A program made the translations under genes and the position numbers. Under the pieces are notes generated by a model. It was not told the origin of the DNA. It did not search any database and saw nothing but the letters and a program-made list of their open reading frames with translations. A DNA stretch of 64,000 nucleotides from contig NC_135832.1 in the NCBI RefSeq assembly GCF_964213995.1, positions 7,130,001-7,194,000 of the forward strand. The letters are read 5' to 3'. This document shows, in pieces, positions 36,616-51,700 of the stretch (its first letter is position 1; each line of letters starts with the position of its first letter). This DNA is from Mustelus asterias. Lineage: Eukaryota.

Positions 36616-38559
36616 CTTCAGTGTCACGTGATCAGTTCCTTCCCGATGCAGGCAATCTCGCTACATTCACATCTGACGCTTTATACTCCCAAAGCTTCTG
36701 CTTTATACACGGGTGTATCGCCAATGGAGTAGATGTCCCAACAATGCTCAACCTGTGTGTGTTCTTAGCTTAGCAACGAGATTGTGTCATTGTTTTCAAC
36801 ACGTGCTATGATTGAAAATTATCATAGTTTTCAGAGATTGAATTGCAGATCATAAATGCTGGTTAACTCAGATCACATTACTTATGAAACAGCATTGAAA
36901 TTCATAAATTCCCAGCAAAGAGAATGTTATTTCAAACAACAAAAGCATCGGGACATTTCATAATGTTTCAGTTACGTTTTCATATGGCTGTGACCATTAA
37001 GTAATTGACTTACAAAGTCGGAGTGTGTCTGCCAATTTTGCACGCTGGGATGTGGATTCACTCTCTAACTGTGGAAGTTAAGTTATTAAATTGGGTCCTG
37101 TGTGACCACCTGATGCAATTTAACCAAATATGGCATCCGAAGATAAATGCAATATCATAAAATCAAGCAATATCTCAATCCAATAAAACAACACAAAATA
37201 ATGAAATCATCTACACAATAGAACACTATAAAACACAGTAATGCAGCTCCTCGGACCGATGCAGATTATCCAACGGAAATTTAATCTCAAACACTCAACA
37301 TTAATAACCACACGTCTTTCCACTTATCTTGCTTTACATTTTAACCATTTCCCCATTCATCAGGCACTGTTTAAAATACTGCAGAGAAGGAAAGAGGAAA
37401 GGTAAACAATGTCTAACTATTTTTTTCGATCGATTTGATGCAATAAAAGCAAGCTTGATGAAGGGGGACGTGTAGAAACCGTGGATTCTGATTTCCAAAA
37501 GGCGTTTGATAACGTGCTACAGGAAAGTTTGTTACAGACACGTGTGGCGTGTGGGCAGCACGGTAACGAACATTACCATATTAATCTTATTATAATTGAC
37601 TTTATTCTGCAGGATATTTTTTTCTGCCCTGGGAGTGCTGCAGAAATCAGTATTGGTGTCGAAAATTATATGCACTCTATGCCCATGCTTTGAATGGAGC
37701 TTCCAAATGTGTGGTAGCTAACCTTTCCGAGGATATCAAGAGTTGTTAAGGGGAAATAAACAGTCTCCAAATGGATACAGATGGGTTATGCGAATGCTGT
37801 CAAATGTCGAATTGTTCGCCTTGCAAAGAAGTTTAGAACGGCAGTGTACAATTTAAATTAGCGGCGATTGCAGAATTCTCCCTTACAGGGGACCTGGGTA
37901 ACTCGGTGCAGGCGATTAGGAAAGCAAATGGAATGTAAACTTGCATTGCAATGAGGATGCCTTCCAGATCCTAGACTACCCAACAAGTGGAGTAAAGAAC
38001 CCGACAACCACCCTGCCAATGCCCTGAGAGCCATATAAGCCTCAATAACATCGCCTCTCATTCTAAACTCCAAGGCCCAACCTACTCAACCTGCAGCTGC
38101 ACATTGATGAGACATTGCCTCGAAGTCTATGTCAAGTTTTTCTATTATTTAAGCGTAAGATACTGAGTATACTTGGCACTGGAATACAGCAGGATGAAGT
38201 TTCCTGTTGTGGAGGAGAGGAGAACCGTGGCAGGGAGGGGGCGGAGGGTGGAGGTGCAGATTAAGAACAAACAGTCTCCTTTTTAAAATGGCGATGAGGA
38301 AAATGTTCTTCTCGTTTAGTATTATTAGTCGATGGCTTTCTCTTCTTCGGAAAACAGTGGAGGATGTTATTGAATTGATTCAAATCTGAGTTGGAAGATA
38401 GTTTGATATACAAGATTGCCGGGGGTTACGGGGAACAGGCAGGAAAGTGGAGTTGTAACCATAGCCAGATAATGGATGATCTCATTGGTTGGTATAGTAG
38501 GGTAAAACGGCCAAGGGCTTAATGCCGCCAAAATGTTTCTATATTCATCACTAAAGTTT

Positions 38560-38830
38560 ATTTATACGTCACAAATAAGGCTTACATTAACGTTGCAATT
38601 AAGTCACTGCAAAATGCCCAGAGTTGCCACACTCCAGCGCCTGTCTGGGTCTATGCACCGATCAGCACATCCTTCAGACTGTGGGAGGAAACTGGAGCAC
38701 CCAGAGGAAACCCACGCAGACACGGGAAAGCGTGCAAATTCCACAGAAACAGTGACCCCGGCTGGGAATCGAACCCGGGTCCGTAGCGGTATAAGACAGC
38801 AATGCTAACCACTGTGCCACCAAACCGCCC
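38560..38830 (-). mobile_element. Older HE1-related SINE
   Basis: GGCACAGTGGTTAGC head and B box on the minus strand. Confidence 0.78.
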
Positions 38831-40014
38831 CATAGCTCACTCTCTTTTTATTTTTCCATACCCACACTCAATTCCTTCTCAAGCACTCTTCCCTCATTCG
38901 CCTGTTACCATTCCCACTTACCTACTCCTCCTGCCGACTGCTTTTTATCCTTTAACCTTTTCTGCAGTTCCGCTTCCAATCCACTTCCCCGTTCAAATTC
39001 CCCATTTTGCTCCGAAAGTCCCCTCCTCAATCAGTCCCCAGATAATCTACGTCCACCATTTTCACTCGGTAGGTGCCTCCAAATACTACATTTTCCGGAG
39101 CCCCTTTTAAGTTTCCCCCACAAATGCCTATTGAACAAATTTCCCCAATAGAAAATCCTCAATGCATGCTTCACCAGTCATCACCACATTTTTCCTCCCA
39201 ATCCCCCTTGCCGCAATTTACACTCAGTCAGCGCCTCCCAAATAAACCACCTCCCAAATCCCCTCCCAAATTCCCCACCCCTGTTTGCCCCATTTTCACT
39301 CCTTAACCACATCCTGATTCATCCTTGCACCCATCCGAATTGCTGAAAAACCATTGCCCTGCCCACATTTCCAGCCTGTCACATTTCCCAAATCTCCGTC
39401 CCCTTTCACTTTCATAATTGTTTCTACCACATTCCCTTTCTTCAGCCCCCAATTCACCCTTCCCATTCCCCTCTCCACTGTGCATTTCCAACTATCCCAC
39501 AGTGGATTCTTCCTTTTAATAATAGTCACCATTCCGCTGGTTCCTTGTGCATGCATTACTGCTTGCCAACCTTCACCAGTCTGCTCCTCCAGCGGTCTTT
39601 CTTCTGTTGTAACCTCTGTGCATACGTCGACCAGGAAAGATTCTCAAGGGTCAGTACAGATGGAGTCCTAGACCGGAATTTTAACGCCATGTCCCCACGG
39701 GAATCGGCGGTCGAAAATGGGAAGGCCTGTTGAACTCGGGCGACATTTTCCGTAATTTTTTCGAAAATCCCTCTATACCGTGGATCAACCTGATGGACGA
39801 TCTTCCAACTGGTCCCAATGCCGACATGCCATTACTTAGAAAAGGGGAGAAAAACTGTTCATAGTACTCCAGGTGTATTCCACCAATTGCCTTATATAGT
39901 TTCAGCAAGAATTTTCTTTTTGTTGCACTCCGATGTCTTTAAAATGAAGGCCAACTTTCCATTTGCTTTACTTACTCCTTGCGAAATTTGGATCCAATTT
40001 TTTTTGTGATTTAT

Positions 40015-41390
40015 AGAACCAAGCACAAAGAAAAAAAAGAAAAGTACAGCATAGATAGGCCCTTCGGTCCTGCAAGCCTGTGCTGATCATAATGCCCTAA
40101 ATAAACTGACAAAAAAAAGCTTCTGCCCTCAGACTGTCCATGCCCCTCTATTCCCTCCCTATTCATGTTCCCATCCAGATGCTTCTCACCGTGATAGACG
40201 CCCACCACACATCTCTCTTAAAGGTTCCACTTCTCACCTTGACACTTTGCCACACTGTAGTTGACAATTCCGTCCCTGGAAAAAAAACTCTGACTATCCA
40301 ACCTGTCTATGCCTCCTATAATTCTATAGACCTCTATCAGGTCTTCCCGTATCCTTCGTCTTTCCCGTGAAAACAATCCGAGTTTAGTTACCCTCCCCTC
40401 ATAGCCAACACCCTCGAGACCAGGCAACACCCTGGCCAAAATTATTTACACTCTCTCCAAAGCTTCGAAGTCCCCTTGATAGTGTGGTGACCAGAACAAC
40501 ACGCCATGCTCCAAATGCGGCCTAGCCAAGCTTTTATATAGTTGCATGATGATTTCTTAAGTCGTGTACTCAATGCCCCGGCCAACATAGACAAGCATGC
40601 ATACACCTCAATAGTTATTTTGGCCACCTGTGTTGCCACTTTTAGGGATTTGAGACCTACACACCCACATCCCTTTGTATGTTCCTCAGAGTTCTGCAAT
40701 TTACAGTTTAATTCCCACCTCAATTTGATCCTTCAAAATTCATCACCTCGCATTTGTGCGGATTACACTCCATCTGCAATTTCTGCCATGTTTGTGCCCA
40801 AGTCTCCGATCTATCTAGATCATTTTGTATCCGATGACATTATCAGCAAATCCACCAATCTTCGTGTCATCCATAAAATTACTGATTAGACCACCCACAT
40901 TTTCCTCCAGACACTTATATTTACTACAAACAAGAGGCCCCATCACTGATTCCTGCGGAACACCACTAGCGTCAAAGCTCCATTCTGGAAAAACGCCCAT
41001 TCACCACTACTATCTGTTTCCTAAAAACCAAGCCACTTCTGTGTCCATCTAGCCAGCCCATCCTGAATCCTTTGTGATTTTAGTTATTGTACCAGCCTGC
41101 CATTTGGGACCTTGTCAAACGCCTTACTAAAGTCCATATAAATTAAATCAACAGCTCTTTCCTCATCAATTACCTTTGTCACCTCTTCAAATAAATGAAT
41201 CATATTGATAAGACGTGACCTTCCCCGTAAAACTAAAACATGCTTCCAGTCACTAACTAATCCATTTTCCTCCGAATGTGCATAGATCCTGTCCCTCTCT
41301 ATCTTCTCCAAAAGCTTCCCCACCACTGATGTGAGGCTCACCGATCGATAATATCCTGGATTACCCCGACTTCCTTTTTTAAATCCTTTT
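40015..41390 (-). mobile_element. Degenerate CR1 LINE
   Basis: RT fragments in ORFs 41084-41395, 40815-41000 and 40218-40439. Confidence 0.88.
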
Positions 41391-41399
41391 TTCATTCAT

Positions 41400-43420
41400 G
41401 CACGAGGACACCCATTTCTACTGACCTGCAATTTTTATAGTCTTTCTCCCTTTAAACAATATTCAGCTCCTTCATTCTTCCTACCAAAATGCGTAACTTG
41501 ATATTTCCCTGCATCATATGCAATCTGAAATTTTTTTTGCACACTCACTTAACCATTCTGAATCCCTCTGTAGACTCTTTGTGTCACCCTCACGACTTGA
41601 TATCCCACCTATATTTGTGTCATCCGCACACGTGACAAGTCATTAATATATACTGTAAATCATTGTAGCCTCGACACTTATCCCTGTGACACTCCACTGG
41701 TTGCAGATTGCCATTTTGGAAATTCTCCTCTTATTGAACTCTCTGTCCTGCATTAGTTATACAATCCTCTAACCTTGCTAATATGCCATCCCAACACTTT
41801 TTAATAAATGGCCTGTTGTACAGTACATCATGGAATTGTTTTTGAAATCCACGTACATTACATCAACTGGTTCCCCCTTATCAACCCTGCACTTTACTAC
41901 CTCAAATAATTCTAATAACTTTGTCACGCATGATTTCCCCTCAATGAAGCCATGAGGACCCTGTGACGAAAGATATCAAGTGACCTTATCTATAGTTAGT
42001 TGGCTGTTCCTTCGTTCCCTCTATTTTTGCATGAGGGTTGAACGTTTTAGAATCGTATGGGGCTTTTCAGGAATTTAATGATTCTTGGAAGCTTCTACAA
42101 GTGCAGACCATCTCTGTAACTATTATTTTTAATATCCAACATGCAACCCATCAGAATCAGCGATCGTATCGACCTTCAGAAAAAATTAGTTCCCCTGGCA
42201 TTTGTTCTCTCGTGATCGTTTTGTATTCATTTCCTCTCTTCCTTTTGCCCCTTGACTGTTTAGTATTTTGGGAATGTTTCTCGTGTCTTCTACTGTGACC
42301 ACTGAGATGTAGTACGTACTTAACACATCTGCCATTTCTTTGTTTACTATTATTATTTCCTCTTTCTCATTCTCTAAGTGGCCCATGTTCACTTTGACCT
42401 CACTCTTCTTTTTTATGTATTTAAATAAGTTATTGTACGAATGCTGTCCATTTTTTTTAATTATGCACTTTGTATTACTAAGTTGACCCTCGTAGTTTTT
42501 CTTTTTCCACATTACTAGGTTTGGTCATCGTCTCTTGTTTTTTAAAAACTCTCCACAGTCTCTGACTTTTCCATATTGTTCTTTTTGTTTCAGACTATTC
42601 ATTACTCCTGCGGTTAACCATGGTTGAGTCATTCCCTTCCAAGAATCCTTCTGCCTCACTGGGACCTATCATTCTTCTGAATCATGAACGATTTTCATAA
42701 TGGTCTGCCACTTCTGGTCAATTCTATTTTCTGCTAAAATCTTTTCCGAATGCAATCCAACCAACTCTGTCCTCATTTATTTGTAATTACCCTTAATTAA
42801 GTTTCGCACAGTTCCTTCTGACCTACGTTTCTCACTCTCAAACTGAATGCCAAATGCTACCAAGCTACTGCTCCTGTTTCTTATGGGATCGTTTATTCTG
42901 AGTTTGTTCATTAAATCTCCCTCATTACACATCACCAAATCCAAAATAACCTGATCCCGAGTTAGATCTTCAACATGTTGCTTTTGGAAATTGTCCCAAA
43001 TACAGTCAATGAATTCGTCTTCAGGCCGGCGGGTACAGTTTTATTTCCCCAATCCACATGAAGATCACTGTCCCCATAATTAATGACTGTCTTTTTGGAA
43101 GTTGAAATTATCTCCTGATTCATGCTATGTCCTACAATATAGCAACGGTTAGGAAACCTATTTACTACTCCCACCAGTGTCTTCCTTCCCTTGTTATTTC
43201 TTACTTCTGCCCATATGTATTCTGTGTCATCTGCTCCAAGTACATTTCTTGCTCTCAATTCCATCTTTTACTCACTAACAAAGCGATCACACAACCATTG
43301 AGAACATGCCTGTCCTTACGGATGTCATAAACCCATATTTTTCAGTTTCCAGCTTTGCTCTCCTTGCAACCACGTTCCGTGATGGCTATAAGTTTAAACC
43401 CATTAACCTCAATTTGTGCC
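41400..43420 (-). mobile_element. Old CR1 (APE and RT remnants)
   Basis: EYIWAEVRNNKGRKTLVGVVNRFP and YIKKKSEVKVNMGHLENE motifs. Confidence 0.75.
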
Positions 43421-44309
43421 ATTCATTCATTCCTTTGGTGCTGCTAATTCCAATGAATAAAGCAGGACAATTTTTAATTGCTGAATATTTGAAATGGTGT
43501 TAATTACTTGGCATTTAAGAAGACACACACATTGCTTTGAGGGTACTATTATTTCATTTCTCATAATATTACATTCAAATCCATTTTTCCATGGTGGTGC
43601 TTTTCCACAACTTGTCGAACCATTGGGATGCACACTGGGCTGCACGCCTCTCCAATCATATTCTACGCATGCAGCAATGAGAGCTGACAATTGAGAAGTG
43701 ACAATGGGGAAACATTAATGGTGATGGCGAATATTGGATAAATAGTGGCAAGTCGCAAAGGGGGCTACAGGAGTTGCAGAAGGCTGGAATGCGAAGAATT
43801 AATGGGAAAGCGGAATAATGAAACGGTGTGAGTGATGTATAAATCAGAAGCGCTCACGTGGATTGATTGGGAAGGAGAATTTGGGAATGGTGGAGGGGGT
43901 GCGAATGGCTGAATGTCATGTAGGGAGCTGGTATCGTGATGTGGATATATGGAGAAATAGCATGTGATGATGTGGAGGTGGGACAGGAAATGTGGAGGTG
44001 TAATGTGGAGGGTAAATGTTGGAGGAATATAAATGGGCGGCTTGGAATTTTGTTAATAATGGTTGATGAGCAATTGCGAGGGTGGAGGGGATTGGGAATG
44101 GGAGAGTGATGATGGGAAAGGCAGTAATTGGCAAAAGGGAACAAGCGAGGGCAGAGTGAGGGAGGAGGAAAGTAGGAGGGCGTAATATGTGCAGGGGATT
44201 TGAAGTACATTTTTTTAAAAATTTGGGTTGATTGATTAAATATTGCCACATGCATTGGGATAAATTGAAACGAATTGTTCCTTGCACGGTATACCATCAA
44301 ACCTGGTCA

Positions 44310-45062
44310 AGAAGTAGAAAGAGGCACATGACATGCATAGGCAGCTGTGATCAAGTGACTCCCTTGAAGAGTATAGGAGGTGTAGGATTGGAGTTAAGAA
44401 AGAAATCAGGAGAGCAAAAAGGAGACACGAGATTGTTTTGGCAGATAAGGCAAAGGAGAATCGAAAAAGAGCTTCTACAAATACATAAAGGGCAAAAGAG
44501 TAACAAGGGAGAGAGTTGGGCCTCTTAAGGATCAACAAGGTCATCTATGTGCGGATCCACAAGAGATGGGTGAGATCCTAAATTAATACTTCTCATCAGT
44601 ATTTACTGTTGAGAAAAGCATGGATGTTAGGGAACTTGGGGGAATAAATAGTGATGCCTTGAGGAGTGTACATATTACAGAGAAAGAGGTGCTGGAATTC
44701 TTAAAGCGCATCAAGGTAGATAAATCCCTGGGATCTGATGAAGTGTATCCCAGGGCATGGTGGGAGGTGAGGGAGGAAATTGCGGGTCCCCTCGCCGAGA
44801 TATTTAAATCATAGATAGTCACGGGTGAGGTGCCTGAAGATTGGAGAGTGGCAAATGTTGTGCCTTTGTTAAAAAGGGCTGCAGGAAAAAGCCTGGGAAC
44901 TACAGGCCAGTGAGCCTCACATCTCTGATGGGTAAGTTGTTGGAAGGTATTTTGAGAGACAGGGTCTGCAGGCAATTAGAGACGCAAGGAATGATTCGGG
45001 ACAGTCAGCATGGCTTTGTGAGTGGACAATCATGTCTCACAAATTTGATTGAGTTTTTTGCG
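44310..45062 (+). mobile_element. CR1 internal RT fragment
   Basis: KVDKSLGSDEVYPR, GNYRPVSLTS and SCLTNLIEFF. Confidence 0.9.
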
Positions 45063-46480
45063 TCTGTTAAAATTGGTCATAATTGTGCTGGACATGCCGA
45101 ATTTCCTTAGCCTTCTGAGGAAATAGAGGTGTTTGTCTATAATTGTTTACTATAACGTTGGCGTGGAGGGGCCAGGACGCTGTGTTGGTAAGTGGACATA
45201 TAGAAACCTGAAGCTCTCGATCATTTCGACTTCCTCCCTCTTAATGGAGATAGAGGGATGTCCTTCACTATGCTTCCTGAAATCGGTGACAACCCCCTTT
45301 GTTTTACTGACATTAAGGGAGAGATAATTGTCCTCGCACCAATTCAGCAGTTTCACTATATCTTTCCTATATTCCATCGCATCTTTTTCTTTGATCCTAC
45401 CCACTACAGTGATGTCATCAGAAAACTTGAAAATCGAGTTGGAGCGGAATTTGACCACAGTCACAAGTGTATCAGGATTATAGTTCGTCGCTAAAGACAC
45501 ATCCTTGTGGGGCACCGGTGTTGAGCATGATTGTGGACGAGGTGTCATTGTCTATCCTTACCAAATGCCGTCTCTGAGTTATGAATTCTAGAATCCAGAC
45601 AAAGAGGGAGAAGCTGAGCCCTCGGCCATGGAGTATGGAGATGTGTTTTGCTTGGATAACGATGTTGAAGGCTGAGATGTAGTCAGTAAATATGAGCTTG
45701 ACATAAGTGTCCTTGTTATCTGGGAGTTCCAATGTTCAGTTTAGTGCCAGGGCGATGGCATCTTCTGTGGACCTGTTGGAATGATAAGCAAAGTGTGAAT
45801 CCAGAGAATCTGGGAGGCAGGAATCGATTTGTGCCATGACCAACCTTTCGAAGAACTTCATGATGATGGACGTCAGCACCACCGGGTGATCAGCAATAAG
45901 GCACGCTGTCTGACATTTCCTTGGTACAATGATGATGGTCATCTTCTTAAAGAAGGTAGGCACCTCTGACCAGTTTAAGGGAAAGGTTAAAAATGTTTGT
46001 GAATACCTCCGCCAGCTAGCCCGGGGTATTCAACACAGCTGATCTGATGTCGGCGATCGTGACCTTGGATACCGGTTCTGCCGAGGCTTATAGGGCAAAG
46101 GGCGTCCTCTCGCTGACCTTTTATTCTAAACGGGCAAAGAATGTATTGAACTTATCAGATGGGGGTGCATTGCTCATGGCGATTTTACACAAGTTTATGT
46201 TGTAGCCTGAAATGTGGTGCATATATTTCCAATATGAATGGGTGTTCTTCTGGCCAGTCTGGGTCTCCAACCTGGTCCGGTTCTGCCTCTTCGCATCTTT
46301 GATGGTTCTCCATGCATCGTATCAGGCTTTCTTGTATAGGTCATGGTCACCCGACTTGAAAGTCTCAGACCAGATCTTTAGCAATCAATGGATACACATC
46401 TGTTCATCCATGGTTTCCCTTGGGGTAACACACGGATTTGCTTCTTTGGCACACATTCTTCAACGTACTCACCGATGAAT
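45063..46480 (-). mobile_element. Rex1/Babar-type LINE fragment
   Basis: FAYHSNRSTEDAI, FTDYISAFN, NTGAPQGCV and FSDDITVVGRI. Confidence 0.85.
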
Positions 46481-48618
46481 ATGTAACTCGTACTGGGGAG
46501 AGGAAACAAAATGATTAAAGATTAATTAATTATATGGGGAACATGTGGTGTTGATACCAGGTTAATTGCTCATTCGAGAGCCGGTTCTAATATTATGGAC
46601 CGGAGGTCCTCATCTCTGCTGCAACATTCTATTTTTCAGACGTTTTCCCCCGAGATGGACGGTCATTGAGGTCGGAGATAGTTTCAGAGATTAGCAGAGT
46701 AGTGGAATTGGAGATAATAACAGAGACGGGGAGCTCAAAAGTGGCTGGAGCAGGTTAAATAAATCCCTGAGGGTTGTAGGAACTGAATGAGGTTACGGAG
46801 AAGAGCAGCTTTGCGGAAACTGAGAAGGATAGAGAGATAGGGAGCTTTGGAGGTGCTGTGGAAGGTTACATTCTGATGCTTGTAAGGCCTGGAGGAATTT
46901 GGAGGGATAATGGAAGAAGTCAGGAAGATTGATGAGTTTGGAACCGTGGATGAGAATTTAAAATCATGCTGGATCTGGGTCCGTCGTACGTTGAGAAATG
47001 GAGGAGGTGGTACCTGAGCGGAAATTGAAGGCATGGGACTAATTGGATGCTGTAATTGGTCGGTCCATAACGTTTCTGCCCATGAAATGTTGTGCAGCCT
47101 CAATACCGTCATTGCAGGAAGCGGTGGCATGTTGTCCATGCTTTTTTGGCTCACACCCTCCGCTGAAAGCATTCATCACTCGTTAAGGCACCTTGCGGGG
47201 AACACGGACGGAAATGATGAATGAGGGCATTCTCGCTTTTTGGTCCCAGGAAATGTTCTTCCTCCAAAATGCTCAGATCTGCTGCCTGTCAATTCCAAAG
47301 GCAAGTATAAGAAATGCAGGAAAATAGGTTTATTTAAGGACTGATTTATTTTGTTGATCGATTGCAAAAAAATAAGCCTTATTCTTAGAACCTCTCACAG
47401 AAAATTACGAAACATTTCAGAATGGCCATTACAGAAAGTGCAATGATATTCATGTTTTCTGCATATATTATGTTGTGGTGGTTGAACACAATAAAATCAA
47501 CACCAGCGACAATTCAAAACTGGTCATTAGACAAAAGTGCAATGGTGGTTAATTTGTCTACCGAGATCAAAATTGCTTCAGTGCAATTGTGATATATATA
47601 AAATTCACTGCATCCATTCAAGGTAAGAAATACAAATGAGCGAGGCTCCAATGCTCATCCCGAGGTACATTGTGAGCGAAATGTCGGAGACAGCGGCCTT
47701 CACACCACCGTGCCACTATGGCCATTGCACCAACCTTAATTGGTCTCTCAGCACGTAGTCCTGAGCTTTGAGATGTGCAAGTCTGCAACACTGGGACGAG
47801 AGCCATAATTTGTACTTGAGGATCTACCAATTTCGAGCAGATCTAAGGAAGCCATTTATCCTAGCATCTTTGCACTGGTAGCGAAGGATCCTATCCCGTG
47901 TTTTAGCTCTTTGTTTTCAGTACTTTAAGTATACTTAAACATGAGAAGCGTCATAATTTCTCGACCATCGTTTTAGGCAGTAAATTTCAATACTGCACCG
48001 TCCCCTGGCTGCAAGTATGTCATGTGCTGCATGCTGTCGGCGTTCAGAAAAGTGCTGCATTGTGGGAATATGACAACTAACTCTTTTTCGGCGGTCTTGA
48101 TGTGCTGGACAGGGCGGCCGGCTCCAGGGGATGCACTGTGCTAGTTTGTGGTGTTTATGTCAGATACTGTGTTGACTAGATATGATGTATTAGCGTGAGG
48201 TGTTGTATTATCCGGACTGTGAGAGACGCTGTAAGATTTGGAGGTGAACGACTGAACGATCATATTCCAGAGAAGGACACCAGTGGGCCAATACGAACTT
48301 TAACGATGGGACTGCCGATCTTTCAATGAACAATCTAATTACTGGGAGAATATAGATTCCAATGTTTATTCGAACATGAAAACATCCAATCTATGCATTT
48401 TTCGAGGACAAACTCTGAATTAATATATTATATCAGAAAACAGACTCAGGATGACGTAATTTCAGGTTCTTCAAATGGAAAGAAACAAATTGCAACATTC
48501 AGCTCCCCCAGGGAGAACAAACGTTGTATAAATGATGTGCCCTGGGAAAGTACTTAATCAGTGTTTAACTCAAAGAGATCTTTTGCAGTACGGAGGCTTA
48601 TACGATTTAACAGAGAAA

Positions 48619-48685
48619 ATGCATTTTCCAACTGACACAATTTTGAAAATATATAACATTATCCTTGCTGCTATTGGTGTTCCTG
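48619..48685 (+). CDS. Exon 1 of GPR139-like GPCR
   Basis: MHFPTDTILKIYNIILAAIGVP+G followed by a GTAAGT donor. Supplies the N-terminus and first half of TM1. A TATAAA lies at about 48527. Confidence 0.85.
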
Positions 48686-48754
48686 GTAAGTAACTGCAGA
48701 GTAGCTTTAATTCTTAAAGACGTTTCCCTGTGTTCCTTGAAACAAAAAGGGAAA

Positions 48755-51700
48755 TTATGAGTGTGCGGCCAGTCTGTTATTCCCAATGTAGGGTGTGGGA
48801 GGTCCTGGAGGCTCCTGGCCTCCAGGACGTCCATATCTGTGATGGGTGTGTCGAGCTGCGGTTCCCACGGGACCGTGTTAGAGAACTGGAAGTGCAGCTC
48901 GAGGATCTTCGTCTGGTTAGGGAAAATGAGGAGGTGATAGACAGGAGCTATCATCAGGTGGTCACACCAGGGCCACGGGGGGCTGGCAAGTGGGTAACGG
49001 CCAGGAGGAGGAAGACTCGGTTGATAGAGAGCATCCCGGTGGATGTGCCCCTTCACAATAAGTATTCCTGTCTGAGTACTGCTGGAGGGGGCGGGGGGGA
49101 GGGGGCAGCCCACCTGGGGGAAGCAGCAGTGGCTGTGTCTCTGGAGCAGAGTCCGGCCCTGTAACTCAGAGGGCTAATGAAAGGAGGAGGAAGGCAGTAT
49201 TAATCGGGGACTCAACAGTAAGGGCGTCGGACAGGCGATTTTGCGGAGGCAGACGGGAGTCTCGGATGGTGGTCTGCCTCCCTGGTGCGGGAATCCGGGA
49301 TGTCTCTGGTCGCGTCCCAGAAATCCTGAGGGGGGAGGGAGAGGAGCCAGAGGTCGTGGTACAGATTGGTACCTACTTGGTACCTAGGTAGGAAGAGGGA
49401 AGGGGTCATGAAAAGATAATTTAGGGAGTTAGGTAGACAGTTGAGAAGGAGGAACGCAAAGGTAGTAATCTCAGGATTACTGCCTGTGCCACGGGAAAGT
49501 GAGAGCAGGAATGGAGAGAGGTGGAGGATGAATGCGTGGCTGAGGGACTGGAGCAGGGGGCAGGGCTTCGGGTTCCTGGATCATTGGGACCTCTTTAGGG
49601 GCAGGTGTGACCTGTATAAAAAAGACAGGTGGCACTTAAATCCCAGGGGGACCAATATCCTGGCAGGAAGGTTGGCTAAGGCAACTGGAGAGTCTTTAAA
49701 CTGGAAAGGTTGGGGGGAGGGAATCGAGATGAGGTGACTGGGAGCGAGGAGGGTAGCCCACAAATAGAGAGGGATTGTAGACAGCGTAAGAGGGAGAACA
49801 GATGGGTGATGGAGAAGGGGAGAGCTCAGACCAATGGTTTGAGATGTGTCGATTTTAATGCCAGGATGTAGGAAATAAAGTGGATGAGCTCAGAGTGTGG
49901 ATCGATGCTTGGAAGTGTGATGTGGTGGCCATTACGGAGACTTGGGGACAGGGACAGGACTGGATACCTCAGGTGCCGGGTTTCAGATGTTTCAGAAAGG
50001 ACAGAGAGGGAGGCAGAAGAGGGGGGTGGGAGTGGCACTGCTGATCAGATATAGAAATCATAGAAACCCTACAGTGCAGAAGGAGGCCATTCGGCCCATC
50101 GAGTCTGCACCGACCACAATCCCACCCAGGCCCTACCCCCACATGTTTAGCTGCTAATCCCTCTAACCTACACATCTAAGGACTCTAAGGGGCAATTTTT
50201 AACCTGGCCAATCAACCTAACCCCCACATCTTTGGACTGTGGGAGGAAACGGGAGCACCCGGAGAAAACCCACGCAGACACGAGGAGAATGTGCAAACTC
50301 CACACAGACAGTGACCCGAGCCGGGAATCGAACCCAGGACCCTGGAGCTGTGAAGCAGCAGTGCTAACCACTGTGCTACCGTGCCGCCCCTGTATAGTGT
50401 CACAGCTGTAGAGAAGGTGGACGCCGTGGAGGGGCCATTTACGGAGTCTCTGTGGGTGGAAGCTCGGAGCGGGAAGGGGTGGATAACTTTGCTGGGTGTT
50501 TTCTATAGGCCACCCAATCGTAACAGGGCTGTTGAGGAGCAGATAGGGAAACAGATCCTGGACAGATGTAGTAATAATAGGGTGTGTCGTGATGGGAGAC
50601 ATTAATTTCCCAAACATCGATTGGAATATCCCTAGGGTAAGGGGTTTGGATGGGGAGGAGTTGGTGAGGTGTATTCAGGAGGGTTTCCTGACACAGCATG
50701 TGGGTAAACCTGCAAGAGGAGAGGCTGTACTCGATCTGGTACTGGCTAATGAGCCGGGGCAGGTGTCGGATCTCTCAGTGGGGGAGGATCTTGGGGATAG
50801 TGATCATAACTCTATCTCCTTTACGCTACCTTTGGAAAGAGATAGGATCAGGCAAGATAGGAAAAGTGTTTATCTAGAGTAAGGGGAAATATGAAGCCAT
50901 CAGGCAGGAGATTAGAGGCGTAAATTGGAAGGAGGCATTCTCGAAGAAAAGTTGCAGGTTTTCAAGGATTGTTTGTCTGGAGTTCTACATGACAACGTTC
51001 CGATGAGACAGGGAGGTTTTGGTAGGTTACGGGAACCGTGGTGCACGAAAGCTGTGCTGAACCTAGTCAAAAGGAAAAGCAAAGCGTGCAATAGGTTCAG
51101 AGAGCTTGGCGATGATGGGGATCTAGATGAATATACGGCTTGTAGGAAGGGACTTAAGAAGGAAATTAGGAGAGCCAGAAGGGGTCACGAGAAGGCCTTG
51201 GCAGGTAAGATTAAGGAGAACCCTAAGTCCTTCTACAAATATGTGATGAGTGAAAGGATGAGATGTGAAGGAATAGGACCTATAAAATGTGAAGGTGAGA
51301 AGGTCTGTATGGAACTGGATAAATAGCAGAGGTGCTTAATGAATACTTTACCTCGGTATTCACGGTGGAAAAAAAGACCTGGGTGATTGTACTACAGGAT
51401 TGCGGCGGACTGAGAAGATTGAGTTTGTCGACATTAAGAAAGAGGATGTGTTGGAAATTTTGAATAGTATCAAGATAGATAAGTCGCCGGGACCAGATGG
51501 GATCTACCCCAGGTGACTGTGGGGGGGGGGGCGAAGGAAGAGATTGCAGAGCCTCTGGCGATGATCTTTGCGTCGTCGATGGAGATGGGAGAGGTTCCGG
51601 AGTATTGGAGGATTGCGGATGTGGTTCCGATGTTCAGGAAAGGGAATAGGGATAGCCCAGGAAATTACCGACCGGTGAGTCTTACCTCAGTGGTTGGTAA

